A stretch of DNA of 64,000 nucleotides from a bacterium (lineage in GTDB: Bacteria > Electryoneota > RPQS01): assembly GCA_036504735.1 (NCBI GenBank), contig DASXUQ010000009.1, positions 103,204-167,203 on the forward strand. Direction: 5' to 3'. Each line of letters starts with the position of its first letter. The stretch's first letter is position 1. Below are positions 1 to 11,500 of this stretch, piece by piece. Position numbers and translations under genes: made by a program. The notes under the pieces are model-generated. The model was not told the DNA's origin, ran no database searches, and saw only the letters and a list, made by a program, of their open reading frames with translations.

Positions 1-345
1 TCCGTCAGGCTGAGGCCGGATTCTGAGCAAATGAAGTCAAAACGGTAGATTGGCTCTAAGTCCATTGCAAGGACCGGAAGTGTCTTTGTCAAGCTGACAA
101 TTTCTTCCCTCACCTGTGCCCTATCCCCCAACGCCTGCTGTGTGAGCGATTTCTCTCTGCATGCCAGGCTGTAAGTCTGCCGGTTCTTTGATACACTGAC
201 TCGCACAACCTGCGAAGAGTGTTCATATCCATCTGCCTCAGATCTTCGCACTCACCGAGAGGAAGAACGCGGTCGACGTGAATATGATCGACACTGTGAG
301 ACATAAGACTCTGGTCTGCCCCCCATTTTGGTACCAGGTGCAATG

Positions 346-1146
346 TCACACTTTGGGGCTCTCCCTGCTTCCGGCGTAGCGGGGGAGCGGAGCCGGAAGC
401 AGGGTCAACACCGTTTTCGGCGCGGGCGGCCGGTAGCCCAGGCTGCTGTGGGGACGCTCGGTGTTGTAATGCACCCGCCACTGTTCGATCACGATCTGCG
501 CTTCTTTGACCGTATCGAAGATCTCGGTGGACAGAAAGAGCTTGAGCCTTGCGTTGTAGCTCTCGATGTAGCCGTTCTCCCAGGGACTGCCGGGGGTGAT
601 GAACAGCGTCTGCACGCCCAGCCCCGAAAGCCATTGGCAGACCAGCTTCGCCGTGAACTCCGGGCCGTTGTCGCTGCGGATGTACTCCGGAATGCCCCGC
701 TCCAGGAACAGTTCTGCCAAAAGCGCCAGGATATCGTCGGCGGTGATGCGGCACGCCACCAGGATCGCCAGGCTTTCCCGCGTGTACTCGTCCAGAATCG
801 ACAGTGCGCGGAAGGGACGGCCCCGCGCCGTCTGCCCCGTGACGAAATCGTAGCTCCACACATGGTTAACATGCTGCGGACGCAGCCGGATGCACGAGCC
901 GTCGTGTAACCATAACCGCCGCCTGCGCGGCTGCTTCCTCGGCACCTTCAGCCCCGCTTGGTGCCAGATCCGTTCTATGCGCTTGTGGTTCACTCGCCAG
1001 CCGGTCAGCCGGATCATGGCGGTGATGATGCGGTAGCCGTAGACCCCGTACTGGCCTGCCAGCGCGATCACCAGACTTTCCAGCGCATCCTCATCGTCCC
1101 GTCGCACCGGAGCATAGCGCTGCATCCGCCGCGACTGCCAAAGCAC
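346..1146 (-). CDS. IS3-family transposase OrfB (DDE/rve integrase core)
   Basis: 266 aa ORF. rve-type motifs (HSDNGPEF, SPWENGYIESYN) and a C-terminal basic tail. No own ATG context, consistent with an orfAB frameshift fusion. Confidence 0.85.
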   Translation of the reverse strand: MLWQSRRMQRYAPVRRDDEDALESLVIALAGQYGVYGYRIITAMIRLTGWRVNHKRIERIWHQAGLKVPRKQPRRRRLWLHDGSCIRLRPQHVNHVWSYDFVTGQTARGRPFRALSILDEYTRESLAILVACRITADDILALLAELFLERGIPEYIRSDNGPEFTAKLVCQWLSGLGVQTLFITPGSPWENGYIESYNARLKLFLSTEIFDTVKEAQIVIEQWRVHYNTERPHSSLGYRPPAPKTVLTLLPAPLPRYAGSRESPKV

Positions 1147-1212
1147 CCGACACCTTCTCCTCGCCCAGCGAACGGCGGACCGCCACCACGGTCTCCCGGC
1201 GCGCCGCTGGGC

Positions 1213-1497
1213 TCAGGATTTTCCCTTTAAGGCCTCGGACAGGATCTGCTTGTCCAAGGTCAACTCCGCCACCGCCCGCTTCAGGCGGCTGTTCTCCAGT
1301 TCCAGCTCTTTTAAGCGCTTGGCCTGGTCCAACTTCATCCCCCCGCACTCCCGCCGCCAGTGATAATACGTGTGCTCATGCACCCCCAGCTTGCGGCACA
1401 CCTCCCGCACCGACTTGCCTTGCCCGATCTCCACTTCCGCCTGCCGCAGCATCGGAATGATCTGCTCCGGTCGATACTCCGCCTTTGGCATAGCCAC
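1213..1497 (-). CDS. IS3-family transposase OrfA (HTH / leucine-zipper)
   Basis: 94 aa with HTH (VREVCRKLGVHEHTYYHWRR) and a C-terminal coiled-coil (LKELELENSRLKRAVAELT). Lies upstream of OrfB in the -1 frame. Confidence 0.8.
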   Translation of the reverse strand: MAMPKAEYRPEQIIPMLRQAEVEIGQGKSVREVCRKLGVHEHTYYHWRRECGGMKLDQAKRLKELELENSRLKRAVAELTLDKQILSEALKGKS

Positions 1498-1580
1498 CTC
1501 CTGCTCCCGTAATATACCACTTCTCTCTGACTTTCAAAGTGGTACCAATTCCGGGGGCTAGATCAATGCCGAGGCCTCGC

Positions 1581-1652
1581 ACTTTGGCACGTTTACGGCA
1601 CAGGAAACGCTGTCACAATCAGTCACAAGATGCAGGCTCCCCATCGCTGAGG
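1581..1652 (+). repeat. Intergenic repeat element C1 (TGGCACGTTTACGGCA core + tandem GTCACAA units + hairpin)
   Basis: About 70 nt, roughly 80% identical to 13296-13366. Contains a sigma54-like -24/-12 spacing (TGGCACG-N4-cgGCA at 1585-1600). Followed by GTCACAA-N3-GTCACAA and a GGCTCC...GGAGCC hairpin. Confidence 0.6.
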
Positions 1653-1736
1653 AGCCCGATCAGTTAGGACATTACTTTTTCAGCCGCTGACGCTTCAATA
1701 ACACCGCAGGCGGATGAGCGCGGACTGCGGCTGTAG

Positions 1737-4700
1737 TCACGGCTCCCTATTTGTTTGATGCGGTTCAACTCTCGTCGGTGGGGCTGACTGAGAACGGAGT
1801 GCCTGCTCTCTCTGCCGATTCGTCCGGACCGCACGGACTCTGAAGAAGGCCTTCGCGGGTAGGTTTGTTCGGCCCAATGCGTAATTGGAGGTGTCGGCTG
1901 ATCCAACAGTGCTCCAACCCACGAAGTCTGTGCTCATTTCAATCACATAGGAAATATCGCCGATAGGATTCCCGGAAGTATCCGTGAGCACCGGAGACCA
2001 GTCAAGTCTCACAGAATCAGGCTGCATTGTGACCACAACATCATTCACGGCACGCGGTGCAGCAACGAAAAGAACCGTCCATGTTGCCGCTGATGACATG
2101 ACTCCGCCGTGCCCATCCGTTGCGCTTACAAGGACATTGTGTATACCGGTGTCCGACAGCGCGGGGGTGAACTGGATCCACCCCGTTGAAGGTTCGACGT
2201 CAAACATGGCCGCATTGTCCGTGAACATCAGGGTATCCAAATCGATGTCATATGCTCCGACCGTCCACTCGAACATCTCGCCGACCAAGACGGTTGTGTC
2301 GGGAAGCGGATCAATTTCCGGCGAGGTGTTCGGAGTAATCGCGCTCACAGGCGCAGAATAAACCGAGCGCCCTGCCGAGTTCCAACTTCCTGCACGATAT
2401 TGGTAGGCGCGATGTCCTCGAACTGTTGAATCCATAAGGGAGACCGTGTTTGCAGGCACCGCGCCAATGTCCAAGAACGGTGCGGATTCTCCGTCCTGAC
2501 GTTGAATCACAAAACCCGATTCGTTCTGGGAGACGTCCGTCCAGTTGATTTGCACAACCGTGCTGGACTGAATCGCGGCCGTCACGCTTTGTGGAGCGCT
2601 CGGCGTGGTTTGGCTGGTTGTACTGAAATACCAGAGAGGACCTGAAGTTTGCGCCCCTTGGTTGTCTATAGCCGTCACTCTCCAGAAAATAAAGCGGCTA
2701 TTCTGCAGGCCCGACACGGCCTTAAACGTGTCAACGAGGGCGGTATCGATAACGGGAGGTACGGACGATGTCCCGAACTGCAAGCGATAATGTACCTGAT
2801 CTCCCGGGTCTTCATCGCCGCCGGAGTACCGGAGTGTCAAATCAAGTGGTTGATTGGTCGTCCCATTAAGAGGATGGGGCCGGGCCGGTACCCGTGGCGG
2901 TGTATTTCCCGTAACCACGACGACTTCATTGGAGCTTGGGGACAGATGCACGCCGTTGGATGCGTACACTCGATAAATGTGCCGTGTATTCGGGGGCAGA
3001 TTATCTAGCGTCAGCCCCGAAGAGTCCACCGACGTGACGCCGGCGATTACCCAAAGGGAATCTGAGCGGTCCTCGACCACAGTCATTACTGCCGAAGTTG
3101 GGTGGTTGCGCCAGGCTAGCCTGATTTGACTCGTGCCAAGCGGCCATCCCCTCAGGCTATCCGGTCCAGCGAGGACAGATGCCATAGTGAATTTCCAAAT
3201 AGGCCCCAGCACTGTATGATACGGATCATGGACTTCGATGCGCCAAAAATACGTTGTCCCTTCCGGAATCCCCTGTGACGCCCATGATGTGCTGTCTGTC
3301 GGGCCAGCCACATGCGTCAGGTTGATCGAGTCTGTGCCTGCCCAGACGTGGTACGACAAGTGATCAGCATCCGGATCTGTTCCCTGCCATGAAAGGATGG
3401 CCGGTGCCATCACATTAGAGGAGGCGTGCACGGGGACCGGCGCAAACGGCGGCAGGGGAGCCGCATTGGCTGGCATGATCGTCAGATAGGTCTGAGAGCT
3501 GTCTGTCACTTCGTTCCCTTGCCGGTCGCGTACTCGCACCACCACACGTGCGTTCGGGCTGGGCGCGCCCGTCGCGGTCCATAACAGGACAAAAGGAGTG
3601 TGTGCCCCCGCCGTCAGTATCTCGGGATCCGAAGAAGGAGTTCGCCGCAATAGTACATCGCATGACAGGGAATCTACCGGCGTGTAGTTGTCCGATGCTG
3701 TCCAACGGATGGTGTCGGCTTGTCCAATCACCCAATGCCCGCCTCCGTCTGGCGCCAGGAATTCTACCGTTGGCGCGCTGAGGTCGTGAATAGCAAACAC
3801 CGTTGGCGAAAGCGCCGTTCCGGTATTTCCGCCTGTATCGTGAACGATCAGCTTCATCAGGCAGGAATCGCTGCTTACGGCAGGCACAATCCAGCTTTGA
3901 GAACCTGTGTTGGCGGCCGAAGCCGCTAACAAAGTGAAGTTCCGACCCGAATTGGTCGAAAGGTAAATGTCCACTCCGGCGATGCCGATGTTGTCGGACG
4001 CTGTCCAACGCACTGTATCGGTGCATCCCATGGCTTTGATCTCGCCTCCAGTCGGGGCAAGCAATGACACCTGCGGTGGAGTGAAATCGCTGCTCAGATG
4101 GGCGGCCGAGAACTTCAGACAGTTCTCCACGGGATCGTTGTAGGCAAGATACGCAGAGTCGTCTGGCGTAATCACATACCCCAGCCTGGTACCCACGTTG
4201 CTGTTAGCCGTGAGTGATACGGCTGGACCCCACGTTACGTTATCACGGCGTCTCCATGTGAGGCGATCATTCTGTAAGAGGCTGGGCCACCCTCGGCTGT
4301 CCAGGGCAAGTGGCCCGTAGTAGATGGTGCCGGGCAGAGGTTCGATACTACCCCAGATTCCGCCCGTGCGTACACGGTATTGTGCCTGATCACCTCCCAG
4401 ACTCCGTGTACATACAAGATGTTCGGCACTATCCGCTGTGATGAGATAGTCAAAGAGATAGCCTCCGTCCACATAATAACCGGATGCCATACCGGGAATA
4501 AACGCAGCGCTTGTCCATAGCCCGCCGATGCGTGAGACCGTCGCCAACCCGTGGCCGGCAGTGGTAGAGTCCGGCGATTGATATGCAAAAAGTATCTTTG
4601 GTGATTGGCCGAGCATCTGGATCCTGACGCCGGCAACACTGGGGAATGCCCCTACTTGCTCAGTCGCCCCCCATGTTCCGCCTGACCACCGGGCTGCGCC

Positions 4701-7700
4701 TACTCGCCCCGTGGCATAGCCGGAGACGCCCCATGCGGCCCAAACATCTCCGGATGCCGTAGCTACGGCTTGTACATAATTCAGAGCAGGTTGACTGTCC
4801 AGTGAAACGGGGGCTTGCCAGCTGCTGCCGTCAAAATACCGAGCGCGGACATAGCGCATCGAATGATTGTAGTCGTTGTAGTCATAAACTACCATCGGAT
4901 GCCCGGGACTTGGTAGCACAAGAGTAGGAGAGTCACCAAGCGAATCCAGAGTGGTTTCAGAGCTCCAGTTCCCCGCCGGGCTTCGCTTCAAGTAGCGCAG
5001 CGTATAACCAGTGCCACGAGTGTATACCAGGTGCAGTGTGCCGTCGGTATCCCGCGCCATGGCTACTCGCGAGACACCACCCACCCCGCTTGCGAGGACA
5101 GCGCTCGGTGACCAGGGAGAAGGAAACTGAGTCGAGTTTGGAAGAATCCGGAACGTTCCATCGCTCCAGTCAGCCGCCTGCCCCCCGTGCCCGTCAATCG
5201 AGATATGGACTGCTATCGAGTCACCGGATGCGCTCCCCGGAACCGTCCATTGGTAACTGGTAGCCGGTGGCAGAACCAGTGAGGCAATGGTCATGTACTG
5301 TGGCGAGCCGACACCGGTATTGCTGTAATGGAGACTTGCCGATACCCAGTTCTGCGCCGTCCATTGAAGGGTATGGGTTTCTCCTACACGCCACACCTCA
5401 CCACCGTTCGGGGACAGGATCGTCACCGAGGGATTCGCAAAGTAAAGAACATGAACGCTATCGGATACCAGTGATGCGGAGTCTCCTGACACATCAATGA
5501 CAACCACCTTCAGACGTCCGGCGTCCGTCGTGTCTGCAACTGCTGGCGTCCAATCAAAGTGCAGCGACACGTCGTCATTGTAGGGTGGGGGTGTTTCTTC
5601 CCATGGACGGACAGTATGCCACGTTATTCCATTGTCCCGGCTGAAATCCCAGCGGAATCGTGCGATACCGGCCTGGTCAGACGCTTGCCCGCTCGGATGA
5701 TATGTCTGTCCGGCCTGAAACCACAGGGGCGAGTATCCCGGCATGTGTCCCCAGGACCAATAGGGATTCCCTTCAAACGTCACTAGCGGAAGATTTGTAT
5801 CCACCCAATTCACTTCATCAAGGGCGCGATTGTTCGTCAGCACCGGCTCTACCACCCCTTGAACATCGACAACGGCAATCAGGTAGCTGGTGCCAACGGT
5901 CACTTCTGGTAATCTGACCGTCTGGCTGACCACCACTGATTGTCCTATGGCCAGCGCAGGAAATACCGTCCAGCGCGGGTATAAGGCGGTACCGTTGGAT
6001 GCGGAATCCTGCGACCAGTACCAATAGACGGAACCGCCGGGCGCATCAAAATTACCGATGTTTCTGACCGTGACGGACATCGTGATACTGTCTCTGCGGC
6101 CGAACGTGCCGGTGTAGGAACAGTTGCTGGCTTGATAGTCTGGGAACTCATAGGCGGTGGTGAAACTCCACAGCGGGCTGGTCGCTATTGTTCCGGAGCC
6201 GTACGGATCCCAAGCCTTGACCTGCCAATAATATGTGCTGCCTCCCGAAAGACTATCCATGACGGCATGCGTGGTCGCGTCGCCGAACGGGCCCGTCGGG
6301 TAGAGTTCATTTGCAGACACGCCAAACCATGGCTGATACTGCAGCGCATCATTATCCGGATCAGATCCTGTCCAACTCAACACCACATGGGACCGCGAGA
6401 ACCCGGTCGCGGCATGCGCAGGTGAAGGCTGCGATGGTGACCAGGGCGGATGATTGACATGCCATCCAAAGTCAATGACATTGGACCATCCACTCTCGCC
6501 ATTGTTGTTAACCGCCTTTACGCGGAACCAGAAGTCGCCGTTGGGATGGTTGTAGAATGTGTATTCTGAGGCGCTCGTGGTCACCTGTGCCGGCGAAGAA
6601 AACGACGCGTTGTCATCCTCTTCCAGAACGTAATAGCTGACGTTGTTTGCGTTGCTCCAGTCAATAGTGTAATCAGGGTTCAGGCTGTAGAAACCGGGAT
6701 CGTTCAATTGGGGCACACCGGGACTTCCAGGAGTCCCGGTGATCATGATCTCCGTGGTGTAGGCGACATTCAGGTTGCCGGCGCCATCCTCTGCTACAAG
6801 CCGTATGGAAACCGCACCATTGAGCGTGTCTGGAACGGTCCAATCGTATGAGCCATTCACCTCTGTAGTCGCCACAAAGGGCGACAGATTGGCCATGGTC
6901 CTCCAGAACTGGGATGCCAGGCTCGACACTTGTAAAAACACACGGCGGAGCGTTCCGTTATCGCGGGCTGAAAACGGAACCGCAAGCATCTGATGAGGCT
7001 CAGCCTGGGCGTTCGCGCATACCATCGCAACCGGCGGGATATCGTCGCCATTGCAGGCTGGTGGAGCCTGAATCAATGCCTCTGTTATGACTTCGCCCTG
7101 TTCGTCAAAGCAACCCTGTCCCCATTCGATTTCCGATTGAGTGGCCTGAATCGCACTGGACCTCCGGTAGCCCATGGCGTCATAGACCGCGTCCGATTCG
7201 AACTGCCTCAACTTGCCGTGCTCCACGGCATACTTGTTGTGGGTCGGCGATTCCAGCAACGCTCCGTCCCTGAAGGAAATGCTGCCGCCCCATGGCAGAG
7301 ACGCGAGCGCGCAGCCCGGCTGCACGACTTGAGCAGAACCCCAATCATAGCCCCAGGAGCGTGCAATCGCCGGCGATGCCACGTTAAGCCGGCTCCCGTT
7401 CCTGGCCAGATAATGGTTGTTAAAGTTGTCTCCGGCGATGGTGAAGAAGGCGTCAAAAGCATCCAAGCTCACATCCGCACCGATTCCGCATCCCGATGCG
7501 CCACTTGTGTACGCCTCATACTCCGCCGTCGAAATGGTCACGATCTGGCAAGTTGCATAGCGATTGCCATTGAACACATCCATGTTGGGAATGTGGCGCA
7601 GGTGCGTACCTTCGATCACATAAATATCTGGCGAGGCCGCCTGCTTCACCAGTGTTCCGCTCGGATGCCAGGCAACTCGACCTTTCAGGTTATCCCATAA

Positions 7701-8546
7701 GTACTCATTCGTTGCCCGCGTATAGGGATCGGATCCACAACCTTGCCAGCCATATGGGTCGACAGGAATCCATCCATGGCCTGTCACGAACCGTCGTACC
7801 TCGAAATGAAGATGGGGCGCGCCAGGAGCTCCTGCATCGCCTGTGACGCCGATCTGTTGACCCTGGGTTACATGTCCTGGCTCGACCGTAATGTTTGTCA
7901 TGTGAAGATAGATTGATGCAAGCCCTGAGCCGTGATCAATCCATACTTCATGGTAGTTGCCATTGTAACCGCCGTTGGCCAGTGCATCGGTGTGCAGTGT
8001 GCCACTAGCCGCTGCATAGACTGGACTGCCGTAACCGCTCGGATGACCGTAAAGCGTGCTACGATAGTCAATCCCGGGATGCCCATTGTAACACAAGTGT
8101 TGTCTTGCAATCGTCGCGTCACCGCATTCCGCAGTCCCGCAGTAATGTCCGTTTGCAAGAAAAGCTTGCGCGTGTTCGCCTTCATAACAATCCTGGCATA
8201 CGGTTCCCCAAGTGGGGCGCGCTTCTTCACCCCACGCGTCAATAATCCGACTATCACTATCATAATCGTAGGTACACCTACCTTGAGTGCAGAGGACCGA
8301 GTGATCAAAGACGCTCACAATGGTCGCCTCGTCCGGACTCAAATTCGGGTCCAGCGGAAACCACAATCTCACCTGTCCCTGAGCCTCCACAGCTGCCAGC
8401 ATGACCAGAAGCAGGTATGCAATCCGAGTAGTGCTCTTCACGCGTGTTCTCCCATCTTCTCCCCGCAGCCATTCACGTGTATTTTGTTCAAGTGCCCGTT
8501 TTGTCTTCGAACATCGGTACCATCGCTCAACGTTCCCTTGAGGCAA
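1737..8546 (-). CDS. Giant secreted multidomain protein: N-terminal M23 peptidase domain followed by many Fn3/Ig-like and beta-propeller-like repeats
   Basis: 2269 aa ORF with an N-terminal hydrophobic segment. M23 signature (HPGIDYRS ... HLHFEVRR). Long Ser/Thr/Gly/Trp-rich repeats (WTASDN..., YxWxV Fn3-like). Confidence 0.6.
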   Translation of the reverse strand: MPQGNVERWYRCSKTKRALEQNTREWLRGEDGRTRVKSTTRIAYLLLVMLAAVEAQGQVRLWFPLDPNLSPDEATIVSVFDHSVLCTQGRCTYDYDSDSRIIDAWGEEARPTWGTVCQDCYEGEHAQAFLANGHYCGTAECGDATIARQHLCYNGHPGIDYRSTLYGHPSGYGSPVYAAASGTLHTDALANGGYNGNYHEVWIDHGSGLASIYLHMTNITVEPGHVTQGQQIGVTGDAGAPGAPHLHFEVRRFVTGHGWIPVDPYGWQGCGSDPYTRATNEYLWDNLKGRVAWHPSGTLVKQAASPDIYVIEGTHLRHIPNMDVFNGNRYATCQIVTISTAEYEAYTSGASGCGIGADVSLDAFDAFFTIAGDNFNNHYLARNGSRLNVASPAIARSWGYDWGSAQVVQPGCALASLPWGGSISFRDGALLESPTHNKYAVEHGKLRQFESDAVYDAMGYRRSSAIQATQSEIEWGQGCFDEQGEVITEALIQAPPACNGDDIPPVAMVCANAQAEPHQMLAVPFSARDNGTLRRVFLQVSSLASQFWRTMANLSPFVATTEVNGSYDWTVPDTLNGAVSIRLVAEDGAGNLNVAYTTEIMITGTPGSPGVPQLNDPGFYSLNPDYTIDWSNANNVSYYVLEEDDNASFSSPAQVTTSASEYTFYNHPNGDFWFRVKAVNNNGESGWSNVIDFGWHVNHPPWSPSQPSPAHAATGFSRSHVVLSWTGSDPDNDALQYQPWFGVSANELYPTGPFGDATTHAVMDSLSGGSTYYWQVKAWDPYGSGTIATSPLWSFTTAYEFPDYQASNCSYTGTFGRRDSITMSVTVRNIGNFDAPGGSVYWYWSQDSASNGTALYPRWTVFPALAIGQSVVVSQTVRLPEVTVGTSYLIAVVDVQGVVEPVLTNNRALDEVNWVDTNLPLVTFEGNPYWSWGHMPGYSPLWFQAGQTYHPSGQASDQAGIARFRWDFSRDNGITWHTVRPWEETPPPYNDDVSLHFDWTPAVADTTDAGRLKVVVIDVSGDSASLVSDSVHVLYFANPSVTILSPNGGEVWRVGETHTLQWTAQNWVSASLHYSNTGVGSPQYMTIASLVLPPATSYQWTVPGSASGDSIAVHISIDGHGGQAADWSDGTFRILPNSTQFPSPWSPSAVLASGVGGVSRVAMARDTDGTLHLVYTRGTGYTLRYLKRSPAGNWSSETTLDSLGDSPTLVLPSPGHPMVVYDYNDYNHSMRYVRARYFDGSSWQAPVSLDSQPALNYVQAVATASGDVWAAWGVSGYATGRVGAARWSGGTWGATEQVGAFPSVAGVRIQMLGQSPKILFAYQSPDSTTAGHGLATVSRIGGLWTSAAFIPGMASGYYVDGGYLFDYLITADSAEHLVCTRSLGGDQAQYRVRTGGIWGSIEPLPGTIYYGPLALDSRGWPSLLQNDRLTWRRRDNVTWGPAVSLTANSNVGTRLGYVITPDDSAYLAYNDPVENCLKFSAAHLSSDFTPPQVSLLAPTGGEIKAMGCTDTVRWTASDNIGIAGVDIYLSTNSGRNFTLLAASAANTGSQSWIVPAVSSDSCLMKLIVHDTGGNTGTALSPTVFAIHDLSAPTVEFLAPDGGGHWVIGQADTIRWTASDNYTPVDSLSCDVLLRRTPSSDPEILTAGAHTPFVLLWTATGAPSPNARVVVRVRDRQGNEVTDSSQTYLTIMPANAAPLPPFAPVPVHASSNVMAPAILSWQGTDPDADHLSYHVWAGTDSINLTHVAGPTDSTSWASQGIPEGTTYFWRIEVHDPYHTVLGPIWKFTMASVLAGPDSLRGWPLGTSQIRLAWRNHPTSAVMTVVEDRSDSLWVIAGVTSVDSSGLTLDNLPPNTRHIYRVYASNGVHLSPSSNEVVVVTGNTPPRVPARPHPLNGTTNQPLDLTLRYSGGDEDPGDQVHYRLQFGTSSVPPVIDTALVDTFKAVSGLQNSRFIFWRVTAIDNQGAQTSGPLWYFSTTSQTTPSAPQSVTAAIQSSTVVQINWTDVSQNESGFVIQRQDGESAPFLDIGAVPANTVSLMDSTVRGHRAYQYRAGSWNSAGRSVYSAPVSAITPNTSPEIDPLPDTTVLVGEMFEWTVGAYDIDLDTLMFTDNAAMFDVEPSTGWIQFTPALSDTGIHNVLVSATDGHGGVMSSAATWTVLFVAAPRAVNDVVVTMQPDSVRLDWSPVLTDTSGNPIGDISYVIEMSTDFVGWSTVGSADTSNYALGRTNLPAKAFFRVRAVRTNRQREQALRSQSAPPTRVEPHQTNREP

Positions 8547-8597
8547 TGATCGGTTCCGACTCGCACGCTTCGGCGCGACGATGTCCAGCAGATCATC

Positions 8598-11500
8598 TCA
8601 GTGCGAACCGGATACTACAGCCTTCACGCGGTAAAATCTCAGGTTCTCCGGCACCGCCTGCAAGCTCTCCGCAAATCCGGTTTGAGTTCCGGGCACCCTT
8701 CCAAGCAGCAGATAGGGACCGTCAATGCTGCTCGAGCCAAGAACCTCGTACTGCTGAATGACTTCCGGGCAATCGCCAATTGATCGCACCACGGGGTCCC
8801 AGTGGAGGGTCAAACCGTCACCCGCTATGGTTGCCGTGATCGGAGGCGATGCAGGAGTCCAATCCGAGCAGGGACTATCGGCGGCAATTTTCAGAACATA
8901 ATAGTCGTAGTAACCCGCGCCGTATGACTGTGTGTAGCCGGTTAACAGGAAGTCTCCATCTCGTGTTTGCAGAACGGCATTGAGTCCTTCATCGGATGGT
9001 CCACCATAAGTCCGCACCCAGAGAGTATCACCGTTCTGGTCGAGCTTGGCCAGTATCATGTCACCATTAAGGCCATTACCACCTACTAGAAAGCTGCCGT
9101 CGAAGAGCTGCTTTACACTGTTGCCGCGTCTGAACATTGGAGGCGGATACGATCTCATCCATAATGTGTCGCCGTCGGAGTTCGTCCGCACAACAAACAT
9201 CTTCCACATGTCGCCAAACGAGAACGTTTCGCCGACAATCACGTACCCGCCATCATGGGTCTCCGTGATTCCGTAGGCGCGGTCATAACTGGCTCCTCCA
9301 TATGTCCGCGTCCACAGAACATCACCCGCACCGCTGGTCTTTACGACGTACATGTCTTCAGCTCCGGCACCGAACGATCCCGTAGTTCCTGCGAAAACAT
9401 AGTCGCCACCGATTGTTTGCAGGACGGCATTGGCAACATCCATACCCCCGCCTCCATAGAAGCGGCTCCAGAGGGAATCGCCTGCCGCACTGACGCGCAC
9501 AAGTTCTGCATCGCCGCTTTGGCTCTGGCCCGCTCCAAGGTAGCCGCCGTCGTCCGTCTGAATACCCGCCCAAGCGACACCGCACGGGCCGCGCATCACT
9601 CGATTCCACATCATATCACCGGCAGCGTTAGTCTTTACGAAATACGGCCGTGATCCTCCCCAGTATCCGATCAGAATGAAGCCGCCGTCCGTGGTTTGCT
9701 GGACGGCAAACGCGGCTTCCGAATAGGGCGGGCCATTGTATCGCCGACTCCAGAGAGTGTCCCCCGCACTGTTCAACCGGATAAGCCACATGTCTTCGTC
9801 GCTGTTTCCGGGCAAGGTCGATCTTCCGGCGACCACATATCCATTGTCCGCTGTCTCATCCGCGCTCTGTGCCGCATCGTAGTTGGAAGATCCGAACGTT
9901 CGGGTCCACAGGACGCCCGGCGGCTGAATATCCGTGATCGTAAAGTCTCCGTCGGTCGTGTCCGTGAGCAGCGGATAGGAGGTCGTGGAAATCCTCACGC
10001 GAGCATGGTTGGAGACAGGTGGCGTCACCACCCAGGCGAAATTCCCGGTGTTGGGAGCAGCCGGAGTCAACACTTCCCAGGGGCCACCCGGATAACTCCG
10101 GTTCAACTCGATCATTACCGGGCAGTCCGCATACCAACTGGACCAGGTGACGCTGTGAACTTGGCCAGCATTCCACACCGTATTGGTCCAGGGTTGCTCT
10201 ATGGAAATGGCAGGTGTTGTGAAGTAGAAGTCGCTGTCGGATACCGTGTAAATTCCCGGGTAATACAGGCTGCGGATCTCGATGGACGCGCTCGCGGTAA
10301 GCGGTATTTCGTACCCCCAGGGAATCCGGATGATACAGGGTTCAGATCCATCGTTTGGAGTGCACTCCTGCAGGACTTGTGTGCCGCCGCCACCGAAATT
10401 ACTGAAGTAGTTCAGCGTGATTCGCACGTCTCCTGGAAGGTTATGGGTAGTCCAGGCGACATCGTAGGGAATCGCGGCCATCACGGTGTCGCCCGGCGCG
10501 GGACTGGTCAACTCCAACTCGGGTGCCAGAATAGTGAAGTCTGAATCCGACCAGTCGTTAATACACGATCCCTCGCCGCCGATGATCCGGATCCTTGCAT
10601 GGGAGGTGGCAGGGCCTGTAACGTACCACCAGGTTTCGCCATCATTCGGTGTTTGCAGCTCAATCGGTTCCCACTGGCCGTCCGGGTAACTTCGATTGAG
10701 TTCGATGCGGACCGGTGTCGAAGACTCCCACGCCGGATCCCAGGTAACGTGGTAAGTTCCGTTCCGTGCCACCAGCACTTCGCCGCCATTCGGTGAGATT
10801 ACTGCGGGAGCAATGATCGTGAGATCCGCATCCGAGACATCCCAAATTGTCGGATCGTAATTGCTGGTCACCTTGAACCGGGCGCGCTGAGTTGGGGGGC
10901 CAGTAACCAACCATGCGAAGAATCCGTTGTTTGGAGCATTATACGCCAGCGTCTCCCATTGACCTTCGGGGTAGCTCCGGTTCAACTCGATCCGCATCGA
11001 CTCCATGTATCCGGTGGTTGTCCACTGCACCGCCAGGCCACCGCAGGCGCCCACCTGGCTCATGGTCGGCCCCGTGACGTGAACTCCCGGCTGGTTCACC
11101 GCGATGAGGTGCTCCTTTTGCTCCTGGTCCCATCCGGCGACGTTGTGGGCGACTAGTGTTACGGTGTAATACCCTGCCACGGTATAGGTGTGGCTCGGAT
11201 TCTGGGCCATCGACGAACTCCCATCCCCGAAATACCACTCCCAAGATATCGGACTGCCTGTCGACAAATCCGTAAACTGGACATTCAAAGGTAGACTGCC
11301 CGACGTCGGATTCGCGCTGAAATCAGCCTGCGGCGCCGGAGCACCGACGTCGATCGTCATATCTCCCGTGACCGTGAACGTAGGAATAGTGACTTGCGCG
11401 CCGTTGATCACGGCATAGAATCCACTGTAGATTGAGCCGTTTACCAATTCGACCGGTGTGCCGAACCCGGTGACTGGGACTCCTGAACAATACACCCCGT

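Larger units (their letters stand above)
318..1547 (-). mobile_element. IS3-family insertion sequence (orfA + orfB with putative -1 frameshift), apparently intact
   Basis: Two ORFs in different frames match IS3 OrfA (HTH) and OrfB (DDE integrase core). Imperfect terminal inverted repeats begin TGGTACCA at 319-326 and end (rc) at 1540-1547. A possible 3-bp flanking ATT lies at 315-317 and 1548-1550. Ends are uncertain by a few bp. Confidence 0.7.

Noticed and set aside
110-859. 249-aa minus-strand ORF overlapping the IS3 OrfB gene, and similar long alternative-frame ORFs (328-909, 489-872)
   Set aside because: They lie entirely within or overlap the well-supported transposase gene in a GC-rich region where spurious long ORFs are expected. 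No motifs support them.
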